Made by a program: the position numbers and the translations under genes. A DNA stretch of 64,000 nucleotides from an uncultured Nitrospiraceae bacterium (GTDB lineage: Bacteria > Nitrospirota > Nitrospiria > Nitrospirales > Nitrospiraceae), in the NCBI GenBank assembly GCA_963706325.1, contig CAVPLT010000005.1, positions 256,001 to 320,000 of the forward strand, read 5' to 3'. The notes below the pieces were generated by a model. The model made no database searches. It saw nothing but the letters and a program-made list of their open reading frames with translations, and was not told where the DNA came from. Positions 18,529-27,887 of the stretch are shown here, one piece after another (within the stretch, counting starts at the first letter, position 1; every line of letters starts with the position of its first letter).

Positions 18529-19404
18529 ATGCCTCAACTCGCGCTACTCCTCACCACATTTGTGTGGGGCGCGACGTTTCCAGCGACGAAAGCCGCGCTC
18601 GAACAAATCTCTCCGCTCTCGTTTCTTTTTCTGCGGTTTTTCGTTGGCATGATCATCGTGCTGGCAGTGCTCCTGCTCGCTGGACGAAGACTGGCGATGG
18701 ATGCGGTGACAGTGCGGGTCAGCCTCATCGCGACCGGCTGGTTGTTTCTTGGCTATGTGTTGCAGACTGTCGGACTTCGCTTTACGACGGCTTCGAACTC
18801 GGCCTTCATCACGGTACTGTACGTCGTGTTCGTTCCCTTATATCTGCGTCGTCTTGGTCTACATACCTGGGTTTCCAATGGCATTGCGCTGTTCGGGCTC
18901 TGGTTCCTTGTCCGACCGACCGCTTCAGCCAATCTGGGAGATCTATTGACGTTAGGGAGTGCCGCAGCCTTTGCCGCCCATATGGTCTGTTTAGAGCGTT
19001 ATACGCGCATGGCTGATTCAGTGTCCCTGTTCGCGTGGCAATTGCTGTTTATGAGCCTTGCCATGTTGGGAACAATGTGGTGGGAACATCCGACCGCGTC
19101 CATGTTTGAACCGACTCGCGTCTTGGTCGTCGGTTTGGTGGTCACCGGAATTCTGGCGACAGGAGCGTTCGCCGTCCAAATATGGGCGCAGCGGCTTCTT
19201 CCCGCCCAGCAAGTGGCATTGTTGTTTGCCGCAGAACCGGCCGTCGCAGCATGGTTGGCCTGGTATTTCCTCGGCGAAACCCTTGATGCGCAGGGATGGT
19301 TTGGTAGCGCCATGATTCTGGGCGGCGTTTTGCTCGGCTCGTGGGCGACAGGCGAGGTCTCCCCGGCGCATCATGATGCGCCGGCACATTTGGAAGGAAG
19401 CTGA
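18529..19404 (+). CDS. DMT/EamA family transporter
   Basis: WGATF, LQTVGL..TTASNSAFIT, AEP..A; about 10 TM helices. Confidence 0.92.
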   Translation: MPQLALLLTTFVWGATFPATKAALEQISPLSFLFLRFFVGMIIVLAVLLLAGRRLAMDAVTVRVSLIATGWLFLGYVLQTVGLRFTTASNSAFITVLYVVFVPLYLRRLGLHTWVSNGIALFGLWFLVRPTASANLGDLLTLGSAAAFAAHMVCLERYTRMADSVSLFAWQLLFMSLAMLGTMWWEHPTASMFEPTRVLVVGLVVTGILATGAFAVQIWAQRLLPAQQVALLFAAEPAVAAWLAWYFLGETLDAQGWFGSAMILGGVLLGSWATGEVSPAHHDAPAHLEGS

Positions 19405-19405
19405 A

Positions 19406-19876
19406 ATGGCTCAGAAGTTCGGGAACAGCCGATGGGTACAAGAGGGATTTCTCGATAACCGGCAGGACGGCACGGTCGTTGGGCGCGTCACGTTCGCGGT
19501 GTTGGGCCCGGTCGATTTTTACCTCGTCGGCAATGCTCGGGGAGAGGTGTCAGGCAAGGTGATTCGATTTAGGAATAGCCGATTCGCCGACGAGGATCTC
19601 GCCGGTCAGGTATTGGGCGATGTGGAAGTGCCCCAAATCGGCGAGGTGAGCTTAATTTCCTTCGACCCGCATCCGCACCTGGTTCCACACCCTTACTTCG
19701 AATGGTTTTCGAAACGGAAGAATCACTACCGCATCGAGCTGCTGCCGGAAGATGCGTGGATTGCGACTGAACAGGAAGTCGAAGAGATTGATTCCCTCAG
19801 TCGACAAATTCGGGAGCGGCTGGTCTCCGAGTCGGGGAGTACCACCCAATCGGCCGATGAGTCGGAATGGATATAG
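19406..19876 (+). CDS. Hypothetical protein
   Basis: ATG follows the EamA stop, with a GGAAGGAAG RBS. Confidence 0.7.
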   Translation: MAQKFGNSRWVQEGFLDNRQDGTVVGRVTFAVLGPVDFYLVGNARGEVSGKVIRFRNSRFADEDLAGQVLGDVEVPQIGEVSLISFDPHPHLVPHPYFEWFSKRKNHYRIELLPEDAWIATEQEVEEIDSLSRQIRERLVSESGSTTQSADESEWI

Positions 19877-19918
19877 AGGGGTGGAGAGGCGGGCGCGGGG
19901 CGCCCGCCAGTTTCTGGA

Positions 19919-20923
19919 CTAAGCGAGCTTATTCTTGCCTTCCCGCACGTGCGCGGGTACTTCTCGAATATCCCAAATGAGTCCCACCGCTTGGAGGCCT
20001 CTCAGCAGGTAGTAGGTAATGTCGATTTCCCACCAGTAAAAGCCTTGGCGAGTCGAAGCCGCGTAGTAGTGGTGGTTGTTGTGCCAACCTTCGCCGAGTG
20101 TGATCAGGGCGAGGAAGAAGTTGTTCTTGCTGTCGTCTCCGGTTTTGTAGCGCTGGGACCCATACACGTGCGAGAGCGAGTTGATCGTGCAGGTGCCGTG
20201 AAGCAACGCCACGGTAGAAACAAAGAATCCCCAAATCAACATCTGAGGTCCATTGGTGCCTAGGCTGGGAGCATAGGTCTCAAGTAACTTGCCCAGGCCG
20301 AACATCCCGAACCCACATATCGTCGGGATGAGAGTGTCGAATCGATCGAGAAATCGCAGCTCCGGAAACTTGGCAAAATCGCCGATGCTCTTCAGGCGCG
20401 GTGGAAAGAATTTCTTGGACGAGATCCAACCGATATGAGCCCAGAGAAACCCACCTTGTCGAACTGAGTGAGTGTCTTCCGGCTTGTCCGAATAAACATG
20501 GTGGTGGCGATGGTGCCCTCCCCACCAGAGTGGACCGCGTTGCGCACAGGAAGATCCAAGCAAGGCAAAGGCAAATTGACAGGCTCGCGAGGTCTTGAAG
20601 GTGCGGTGCGAAAAATATCGGTGGTACCATCCGGTGATCGCGAACATGCGCACGAAATAGAAGGCGGCGGCTACGCCCACGGCTATCCAGCTCCATCCGA
20701 CGATAAACACCCCCAAGCAGAGCAGGTGAACAATGATGAGCGGGATGGCCCGTAACCAGTCTACTGAAGCAGGAGCATCATCGGTGCGCGTGAGGTCAAC
20801 GCCGGCCCAAGAATCGAACCACCGTATGACGGTGAGCCAGGGGGCGTCACTCTTGGGTCTTTCGGCGCTTTTTGACAGCTCACCACGTTCGGGTAAGGCG
20901 AGCGGCTGCAGATCACTACTCAT
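19919..20923 (-). CDS. Acyl-CoA (delta-9) fatty acid desaturase
   Basis: His boxes HRYFSH, HRHHH and GEGWHNNHH. Confidence 0.93.
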   Translation of the reverse strand: MSSDLQPLALPERGELSKSAERPKSDAPWLTVIRWFDSWAGVDLTRTDDAPASVDWLRAIPLIIVHLLCLGVFIVGWSWIAVGVAAAFYFVRMFAITGWYHRYFSHRTFKTSRACQFAFALLGSSCAQRGPLWWGGHHRHHHVYSDKPEDTHSVRQGGFLWAHIGWISSKKFFPPRLKSIGDFAKFPELRFLDRFDTLIPTICGFGMFGLGKLLETYAPSLGTNGPQMLIWGFFVSTVALLHGTCTINSLSHVYGSQRYKTGDDSKNNFFLALITLGEGWHNNHHYYAASTRQGFYWWEIDITYYLLRGLQAVGLIWDIREVPAHVREGKNKLA

Positions 20924-21304
20924 GCCACCTCCACATTATTTATGCGAGTTCTTAAGGATGCATTACCGAGGGGTCGCGCCGTGGTTCCACTGACGTCACT
21001 AGTCATCGCGGCGCTTGTGAGTCATGCGATGGGGCAGGCCGCTGGATGCTTTGGATTGTGTCGCTCACTTGAGCGAGGTCACGTAGGCTCGGTTACACGT
21101 GAGATAATTATACACAGATTCAGTGAGAAATGTCGTGAGTTTTTTTGCGACCTGCAGGGTTTTCCCACTTGACGCGATCCAGGCGGTGACGGCGCCTCTT
21201 GGTGGAGGCCTTTGTGGGTCGCGTATGTCGACCTGTGGCGGTGGTCCTCACGGCGCATAACTGTTTGACTCTGTTCAGACTGCGCCTCTAAAATGCGCTC
21301 CACT

Positions 21305-22330
21305 ATGAATGATCGATTTCTTAAAGCATGCCGGCGCGAACCGGTTGATTGTACTCCTGTCTGGTTCATGCGCCAAGCCGGCCGCTACATGGTCGAATAT
21401 CGTCGATTGCGAGAAAAGCATTCAATCCTGGACCTGTGCAAGACACCAGAATTGGCGGCACAGGTCACGCTGCAGCCGATAGACCGCTTTGCGCTCGACG
21501 CGGCCATCATTTTTGCAGATATCCTGCTTCCCCTTGAACCGATGGGACTTTCCCTGGAGTTTGCGGAGGGTGAGGGCCCTATCATTCACAATCCCGTACG
21601 AGATCGAGCCGCGGTGGAACGGCTCAAGGCGATCGACGATACCGAACTCCAGTATGTGATGGATGCGATCAGTCTTACTCGGACGAGGTTGGCCGGGCGG
21701 GTGCCATTGATAGGATTTGCCGGGGCGCCGTTTACGTTGGCCAGTTATGCCATTGAAGGGGGCAGCTCCCGGAACTATATCCACACGAAACAGATGATGT
21801 ATAGCGAACCATTGGCCTGGCATCGGTTGATGGACAAGTTTGCCCGCGTGATTACCGGGTATCTCCGTCGACAAATTAAGGCCGGCGCCCAGGCAGTGCA
21901 GCTGTTCGATAGTTGGGTCGGATGTCTGTCCGCCGGGGACTACGTCGAATATGTGATGCCGCATGTTCAGCTGATTTTTGAAGGATTGAAGCACGAGGGG
22001 GTGCCACTCATTCATTTCGGCACTGGCACCGCGGCGATTCTGAAGTCAATGCGGCAGGCGGGCGGCGATGTGATCGGGATTGATTGGCGAATCCCTCTCG
22101 ATGAAGCCTGGGCATTGGTAGGTCACGATCGCGCAGTGCAAGGAAACCTCGATCCGGTCGTGTTGTTCGGTCCCATTCCTGAAATCGAACGGCGAGTGGA
22201 AGATATTCTCCGGCGAACCGAAGGCCGGCCGGGACACATCTTTAACCTGGGGCACGGGATTCTTCCCAATACGCCTGTCGAGCATGTCGCTACGACCATC
22301 GATCTGGTACATAAGCTGAGCGCGCGCTAG
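21305..22330 (+). CDS. hemE: Uroporphyrinogen decarboxylase
   Basis: PVWFMRQAGRY, GFAGAPFTLASY, FNLGHGI. Confidence 0.97.
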   Translation: MNDRFLKACRREPVDCTPVWFMRQAGRYMVEYRRLREKHSILDLCKTPELAAQVTLQPIDRFALDAAIIFADILLPLEPMGLSLEFAEGEGPIIHNPVRDRAAVERLKAIDDTELQYVMDAISLTRTRLAGRVPLIGFAGAPFTLASYAIEGGSSRNYIHTKQMMYSEPLAWHRLMDKFARVITGYLRRQIKAGAQAVQLFDSWVGCLSAGDYVEYVMPHVQLIFEGLKHEGVPLIHFGTGTAAILKSMRQAGGDVIGIDWRIPLDEAWALVGHDRAVQGNLDPVVLFGPIPEIERRVEDILRRTEGRPGHIFNLGHGILPNTPVEHVATTIDLVHKLSAR

Positions 22331-22418
22331 AAGTCGCGATGCTCAACATCCGCCGTTCAATTGAACAGCGAACGTTGAGCGACGAGATACGTTTCATGTT
22401 GAGGAGTAGCGAGGAACG

Positions 22419-23363
22419 GTGTCTGAAACGCAACGACCGGTTGCCGTGCTGCTGATGGCGATGGGGGGACCCGACCGTCTGGAGAATGTCGAAGCGTACC
22501 TCATGGATGTGCGGAGCGGTCGCGCGACATCGCCGGAGCTCGTCGAGGAAATTCGCACTCGGTATCGTGTCACCGGGGGGAAGTCTCCCGTGCTCGAAAT
22601 CACCCGTGAGGTGGCAACAGCATTGGAACAGCGACTGAATCGGCCTGCCGGAGAGCGATACCGGTGCTATGTCGGATTGCGGCATTGGCATCCGTTTATC
22701 AAGGAAACCTACGTCAAGTTGCTCGAAGATTTCCCGGAACGGGTCATTGGTCTCTGCATGGCGCCGCAGTATTCTTCGCTCAGCATTGGGGCCTATATGA
22801 AGAAGGTCGAAGAGGCGCGGAACGAACTGGCCAGCGAGACACCAATCAGTTTTGTCACGAGTTGGCATCGTCACCCGTTGCTGATAGCGAGTATTGCCGA
22901 CAACGTTCATCAGACCTTGCAGAAATTTCCGTCTGAGATTCGCTCGCGCGTGCCGATCTTGTTTACGGCTCACAGTCTGCCGGTGAGAGTGGTTGCTTTG
23001 AAGGATCCCTACCCTGAAGAAATCCGAGGAACGGTCCAGGCAGTCTGCGAACAGCTTGGCAGCCAGCCGACGCGATTCGCCTATCAAAGCCAAGGACGAT
23101 CCGGCGAGAAGTGGCTCGGCCCGTCCGTCGAACAGACGCTGATTGAATTGGCAGAGGAAGGCCATCGGCACGTGCTGGTGGCGCCGATCGGCTTCATTTG
23201 CGATCATGTGGAAACCTTGTACGATATCGATATCGAGTTGACGCAGCTTGCCCGTACGAAGGGCATGCAGTTGGAACGGATACCCATGTTGAACGCCTCG
23301 GCTCCCCTGATCGATATTGTGACATCGGTGATAGAGGCGCACGAATCCTCGCTCGTTCACTAG
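22419..23363 (+). CDS. hemH: Ferrochelatase (possibly coproporphyrin III type, CpfC)
   Basis: LLMAMGGP, GGKSP, FTAHSLP, WLGP, GFICDHVETLYDID. Confidence 0.93.
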   Translation: MSETQRPVAVLLMAMGGPDRLENVEAYLMDVRSGRATSPELVEEIRTRYRVTGGKSPVLEITREVATALEQRLNRPAGERYRCYVGLRHWHPFIKETYVKLLEDFPERVIGLCMAPQYSSLSIGAYMKKVEEARNELASETPISFVTSWHRHPLLIASIADNVHQTLQKFPSEIRSRVPILFTAHSLPVRVVALKDPYPEEIRGTVQAVCEQLGSQPTRFAYQSQGRSGEKWLGPSVEQTLIELAEEGHRHVLVAPIGFICDHVETLYDIDIELTQLARTKGMQLERIPMLNASAPLIDIVTSVIEAHESSLVH

Positions 23364-23374
23364 CGGCACAACCC

Positions 23375-24829
23375 GTGGCGCGCACACCCAAGTCAGTCGT
23401 CATCGTCGGGGGAGGCATCTCGGGCCTCTCCACGGCCTTGGCCCTTTTGGAGCAGGCGGCTCACGCTGATGTGCCGGTCACCTGTACCGTCCTCGACGCC
23501 GCGCCGACCTGGGGCGGAAAAATCGTGACACATCGAGTCGGTCAGCTCGTCATGGAGGCTGGGCCGGATTCATTTTTGTCGCAAAAACCCTGGGCGATGG
23601 ATTTATGCCAACGCCTGGGAATGACCGATCAGCTCATTAACACGAATCCCCTCGAAAAGAAGGCGAGTGTATTGTGGGGCGGTCAGTTGCATGAGTTACC
23701 CGAAGGCCTGCTCACCTTTACACCGACTCAGTTAGGGCCGTTTTTTCGTAGCGGGTTATTGTCGTGGATGGACCTTGCGCGTATGGGGTGCGACGTCTTG
23801 ATTCCGCCGCGCCGTTCCACGGATGATGAATCGCTCGGGGCATTTTTCCGGCGGCGATTCGGACGACATGCCTGCGAACGGGTCATGGAACCGTTAATGG
23901 CCGGGATTTATGCTGGTGATGCGGAGCAGATGAGCCTGCGCGCGACATTCCCTCGATTTTACGATTTGGAACGGCAGCATGGGAGTGTGATTCGAGGCAT
24001 GATGGCGGCCCGACGAGCTAGGGCACGGGAGGGATCCAGTAGGCGTTCCGCGCACACGATGTTCGTGACTCTGCGAAATGGCCTGGGGGATTTGGTGACA
24101 GTTCTTGCGGGTCACATTCAAAAAGCAGGGGGGATTCTGAAAGCTGGCGTTCAGGCCGAAGCGGTGCGGGTACGATCCCACCAAGCTGGTCGTTGGATGT
24201 ATGATGTCATCTGCTCCGATGGCATCGCTTTGTCGGCGGAAGCTCTGGTGCTGGCCACTCCGGCGTATGTGAGCGCTGAATTGGTTCGGCCATTGTCTCC
24301 TTTGGCCGGCGGATTGCTGGACAGGATTCCCTATGCCTCGACCGCGACCATTTCGCTCATTTATCCGGCGGACGCGGTGAGCAACCGACTGCAGGGATTC
24401 GGTTTTGTGGTTCCGCGGATAGAGGGGCGTGATTTGATCGCCGCAACCTGGACGTCCCGTAAATGGCCTCATCGTGCGCCTCCGCAGGAGGCGTCGGTGC
24501 GTTGCTACCTCGGAGGCGTGGGTCGGGAGGCGATTTTGGAACGCGACGATGAGGCGTTGACGCATTGTGTGCGAGCGGAACTGGCCGCAACCGTTGGCCT
24601 GCAGGCGACGCCGCATTATGTGGAGGTGAATCGTTGGCATCGGGCGATGCCCCAATATACGATCGGACATCTCGATCGGCTCGCGCAGTTGGAAGCAGCG
24701 CTGTCACGATTCGGCGGCCTGGGCATTACGGGAGCGGGCTATCGCGGGGTGGGTATTCCCGACTGCATCCGGGACGGCGCGCAGATGGCGGGGCAGACAC
24801 TTCGTTATTTGCACACTTCGAAGGCATGA
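23375..24829 (+). CDS. hemY: HemY-type proto/coproporphyrinogen oxidase
   Basis: GGGISGL FAD site, EAGPDSF, GIYAGD, MPQYTIGH, GVGIPDC; start placed at the GTG after the hemH stop. Confidence 0.93.
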   Translation: MARTPKSVVIVGGGISGLSTALALLEQAAHADVPVTCTVLDAAPTWGGKIVTHRVGQLVMEAGPDSFLSQKPWAMDLCQRLGMTDQLINTNPLEKKASVLWGGQLHELPEGLLTFTPTQLGPFFRSGLLSWMDLARMGCDVLIPPRRSTDDESLGAFFRRRFGRHACERVMEPLMAGIYAGDAEQMSLRATFPRFYDLERQHGSVIRGMMAARRARAREGSSRRSAHTMFVTLRNGLGDLVTVLAGHIQKAGGILKAGVQAEAVRVRSHQAGRWMYDVICSDGIALSAEALVLATPAYVSAELVRPLSPLAGGLLDRIPYASTATISLIYPADAVSNRLQGFGFVVPRIEGRDLIAATWTSRKWPHRAPPQEASVRCYLGGVGREAILERDDEALTHCVRAELAATVGLQATPHYVEVNRWHRAMPQYTIGHLDRLAQLEAALSRFGGLGITGAGYRGVGIPDCIRDGAQMAGQTLRYLHTSKA

Positions 24830-24872
24830 TGTCCGGCATCGGCACTAAATCAGGAAGAGAAGGAATGCAGCA

Positions 24873-25304
24873 ATGTTGAATGACCAATTAGTGATTTCCG
24901 ACGTCACCGGCCCCTTTCGCGAACCGCGCGAGCCGGTTTTTTCCTATGACTATTCGATTCAACGGGCCACCTGGGCAGCGACCCATGCCGTACGAGTGAA
25001 AATAGCCTTGGCGGAAGAATTGGAATATGTGAAAGAGACGTTGCTGGGGCCCGTCGCCGGGAGCCCCGGTCAACAGCTGATTCTGAACAAATTTGTTTCT
25101 CGGAAGATCGGTGACCAGAAGCTTCGGATTGCCGAGGCGGAAGGGATGCTGAAGGATCGCGGTGATTTTTTGGTACCGCCATTCACCGATTCATGGTCCC
25201 AGTACTTTCCGCAACTTGAGTCCTGGCTCCAGGCGGAACAAGATGCATTGCGCACCGAGATCAAGAAACTCACCGGCCTCTCGGCTCAACTCTCCGGTTC
25301 CTGA
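24873..25304 (+). CDS. Hypothetical protein
   Basis: 143-aa ORF co-oriented with the hem genes, purine-rich RBS. Confidence 0.7.
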   Translation: MLNDQLVISDVTGPFREPREPVFSYDYSIQRATWAATHAVRVKIALAEELEYVKETLLGPVAGSPGQQLILNKFVSRKIGDQKLRIAEAEGMLKDRGDFLVPPFTDSWSQYFPQLESWLQAEQDALRTEIKKLTGLSAQLSGS

Positions 25305-25626
25305 TCTGTTCTCCTCGCTCGGACCTTTTGCAACGCACATTCTCGAGGGAGTCGCGTCCGGTCGACCTAGATTATAGCGGTCGATGAGATGTCGCTTCTT
25401 CGCGCACAGAATCTGGGGATAAGCGTGTGAATATCTGCGTTTCCCTTGTCAGAGGCCCCCACCAGAGCGCTATTTAGCGACATGCCCAAGTTTTAGGCAT
25501 TGGAGTGTCTCCGCATGGACCCACTAGATGCTGTGGTAATAAAAGTACTTGGTGACATTTTTTATGCGGACCCAAGAAAAACCGGATAGCGGAAGCAGTC
25601 TAGCCGAGGCGCTTTGAGAGAACGGC

Positions 25627-26241
25627 TTAAAAAATGCGGCGGTATTGTTTGCTGTGGACCCCGGAATCGTCGGCAAATCCAATCGAGCCGGTATCGGGGT
25701 TACTGGTGTCGTTGAGGTCGATGCGGTAATGTCCTCGCACCTGTTCCATTGCCTCTTCGAACGGGATCGTCTGAGGATAGAGGTTGCCCGGAGCATGGGC
25801 TCCTCGAGCCAACGTGCCGACGACCTCCGGCGTCGCATATTTCGGATCGGAGAAGATATACAGGTCGGCGACGGCCTGATCCCCGAGTTTGTGTCCGGGG
25901 CTGGTAGCCGGGAGCATCGTCCCCAGGCTGCGATTGAGCCTGGCTTGCTTGAATTGTTTCAGGAGACCCACGACCTGGCTGGCTGTCACCTGAGCCGGCA
26001 CCACGATGCTCATGGCATTAAACTCCGTTAAGGTCGAGTGGACCTTGTACATGACCGGAGCGGCATCCGGGTCCTCTGTAATAACCTGTGAAATCTCCGG
26101 GCCTGCAGCTTGTTTTTGTTTGCCGCTCGGAACCGCGAGATTGATCAACAGCCACATCACCAGAATCACGCCGAACAGCACGAGGAGCGGATGAAGTCCC
26201 GCCCGTTTGCCTTCTTCGTAGGGATTGTGTTCGTCCTTCAT
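25627..26241 (-). CDS. Hypothetical single-pass membrane protein
   Basis: N-terminal TM helix; ATGA overlap with mazG. Confidence 0.72.
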   Translation of the reverse strand: MKDEHNPYEEGKRAGLHPLLVLFGVILVMWLLINLAVPSGKQKQAAGPEISQVITEDPDAAPVMYKVHSTLTEFNAMSIVVPAQVTASQVVGLLKQFKQARLNRSLGTMLPATSPGHKLGDQAVADLYIFSDPKYATPEVVGTLARGAHAPGNLYPQTIPFEEAMEQVRGHYRIDLNDTSNPDTGSIGFADDSGVHSKQYRRIF

Positions 26242-27122
26242 GGGCGGGTCCCTGTCCCTCCAAACGATGGAGGAAGGGGTGGGGTCGTTTCGGCCGGCTG
26301 AGTTGACGCCAGTCGTTTCGCCTCTTCCCAGTAGTGATCCATTTCCGTCAGGCTGAGATCATTGACCGCTCGTCCACTGCGCGAGGCCTGTTGTTCGATG
26401 AAATGGAAGCGGGATGTGAAACGGTTGGTCGTTTGCCGAAGCGACTCTTCCGGATTCACCTTGAGGCGTCGAGCAAGGTTGACTAATGAGAAGAACAGAT
26501 CGCCCAGTTCTGCAGCCATCTCCTCCGTGGGTTGCGGCGTCGCGCCGGCGTCGCTGATGGCCTCGCGTAGTTCTGCGATTTCTTCATCCAGTTTGGCGAA
26601 TACGTCGGTCAAGCCCTGTGGTCCCTCGGGCCAATCGAATCCAGCGCGCGCGGCTCGCACCTGAGTTTGATAGGCGCGTAGCAAGGCTGGAAGTGCCTGA
26701 GGAATGTCCTGGAGAAGGGATTCCGGCTTTCCCGCGTTCTTGCGCTCGGCACGTTTGATGTCTTCCCAACGATGGATCACCTGGTCGGAATTGAGGGTCG
26801 GCTCCCCGGTGGCGGTAGCCTCGAAGACATGTGGATGGCGACGTACCAACTTGTCGCCCAATTGTTGCACAACTTCGTCGATGGTAAAGGTGCCCTGTTC
26901 ACTCCCGATTTGACTATGAAATAACACTTGCAGGAGCACGTCCCCCAGTTCTTCCTTCAATTTGACAAAGTCGCCCCGATCGATGGTGTCCAACGCTTCG
27001 TAGGTTTCCTCGATCAAGTACGGCTTGAGGGATTCGTGTGTCTGCTTTTGATCCCATGGGCAACCCCCCGGCGCCCGCAGCTGCGCCATGATGGCGACGA
27101 CTCTATCAAACTGGTCGGACAT
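26238..27122 (-). CDS. mazG: Nucleoside triphosphate pyrophosphohydrolase MazG
   Basis: GCPWDQKQT, EELGDVLLQV, KLVRRHPHVF, second ELGDL motif. Confidence 0.96.
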   Translation of the reverse strand: MSDQFDRVVAIMAQLRAPGGCPWDQKQTHESLKPYLIEETYEALDTIDRGDFVKLKEELGDVLLQVLFHSQIGSEQGTFTIDEVVQQLGDKLVRRHPHVFEATATGEPTLNSDQVIHRWEDIKRAERKNAGKPESLLQDIPQALPALLRAYQTQVRAARAGFDWPEGPQGLTDVFAKLDEEIAELREAISDAGATPQPTEEMAAELGDLFFSLVNLARRLKVNPEESLRQTTNRFTSRFHFIEQQASRSGRAVNDLSLTEMDHYWEEAKRLASTQPAETTPPLPPSFGGTGTRP

Positions 27123-27257
27123 TGCGTCACTCTCTTTCTGCCGTCACTCTAGCTGAGTTCATTCGCACCTTCAACGGGCCGGCCTGTCTTGCGCCCCTCC
27201 AAGGCCTATGGTAGGGTACGCCCCTGCAATTTCAGTCGGCTGATCGGAGGCATCATC

Positions 27258-27683
27258 ATGGGTGAGGAACAGGACCAAGGATTCGTCATCCGCGACCGTC
27301 GTGGACGGAGTGAAGGCACGCCCCCATCGGGAGTCCCAACGCCGCCCTCTGAGGCTGTGCCATCGGCCCCTGAGACGCAGCATGAGCACGCCGATTCGAA
27401 AACATCGGCCGGCCATCTCCCTGTGAACTTTTCCTCCTTTGTGATCTCCATGGGAAGCTCGGCCTTGATGCTCATGGGCGAGCAGTTGGATCCTGGTCAG
27501 CCTGCGATGCCGCTGAATCTTCCGCAAGCGAAAGAAATCATCGATTTGCTTTCCATGCTGGATGAGAAAACGCGGGGCAATCTGACTGCAGACGAGCAAG
27601 TCGTGATGAAAGACATGCTCTACGCGTTGAGGATGAAATTTGTCAGCCTGACCTCCGGCAAATCGACGCTTCACACCCCGTAG
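27258..27683 (+). CDS. DUF1844-like protein
   Basis: NFSSFVISM...AKEIIDLLSMLDEKTRGNLT; GGAGG RBS. Confidence 0.8.
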   Translation: MGEEQDQGFVIRDRRGRSEGTPPSGVPTPPSEAVPSAPETQHEHADSKTSAGHLPVNFSSFVISMGSSALMLMGEQLDPGQPAMPLNLPQAKEIIDLLSMLDEKTRGNLTADEQVVMKDMLYALRMKFVSLTSGKSTLHTP

Positions 27684-27887
27684 TCCCGTGACCCCCTCCT
27701 GTATGCTACCCTGCTCCGCGCGGTCCCTCCCTCGCATGGTCGCGCCTGCTCCCGGCGCGACGTTTGCGTGATTGTGCTTCGATGGGGACCGCACTGGCCG
27801 GATGACTGTGCCCTTTTGAGACTCCTCTCGAAATTCGTTATAGTGATGCTGGATCCCGTGAGCAGGAGAAGCGCCGGAGCCTGATAG

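Noticed and set aside
23198..23374. N-terminal extension of HemY in the ORF track
   Set aside because: Overlaps hemH; the FAD motif begins just after GTG 23375
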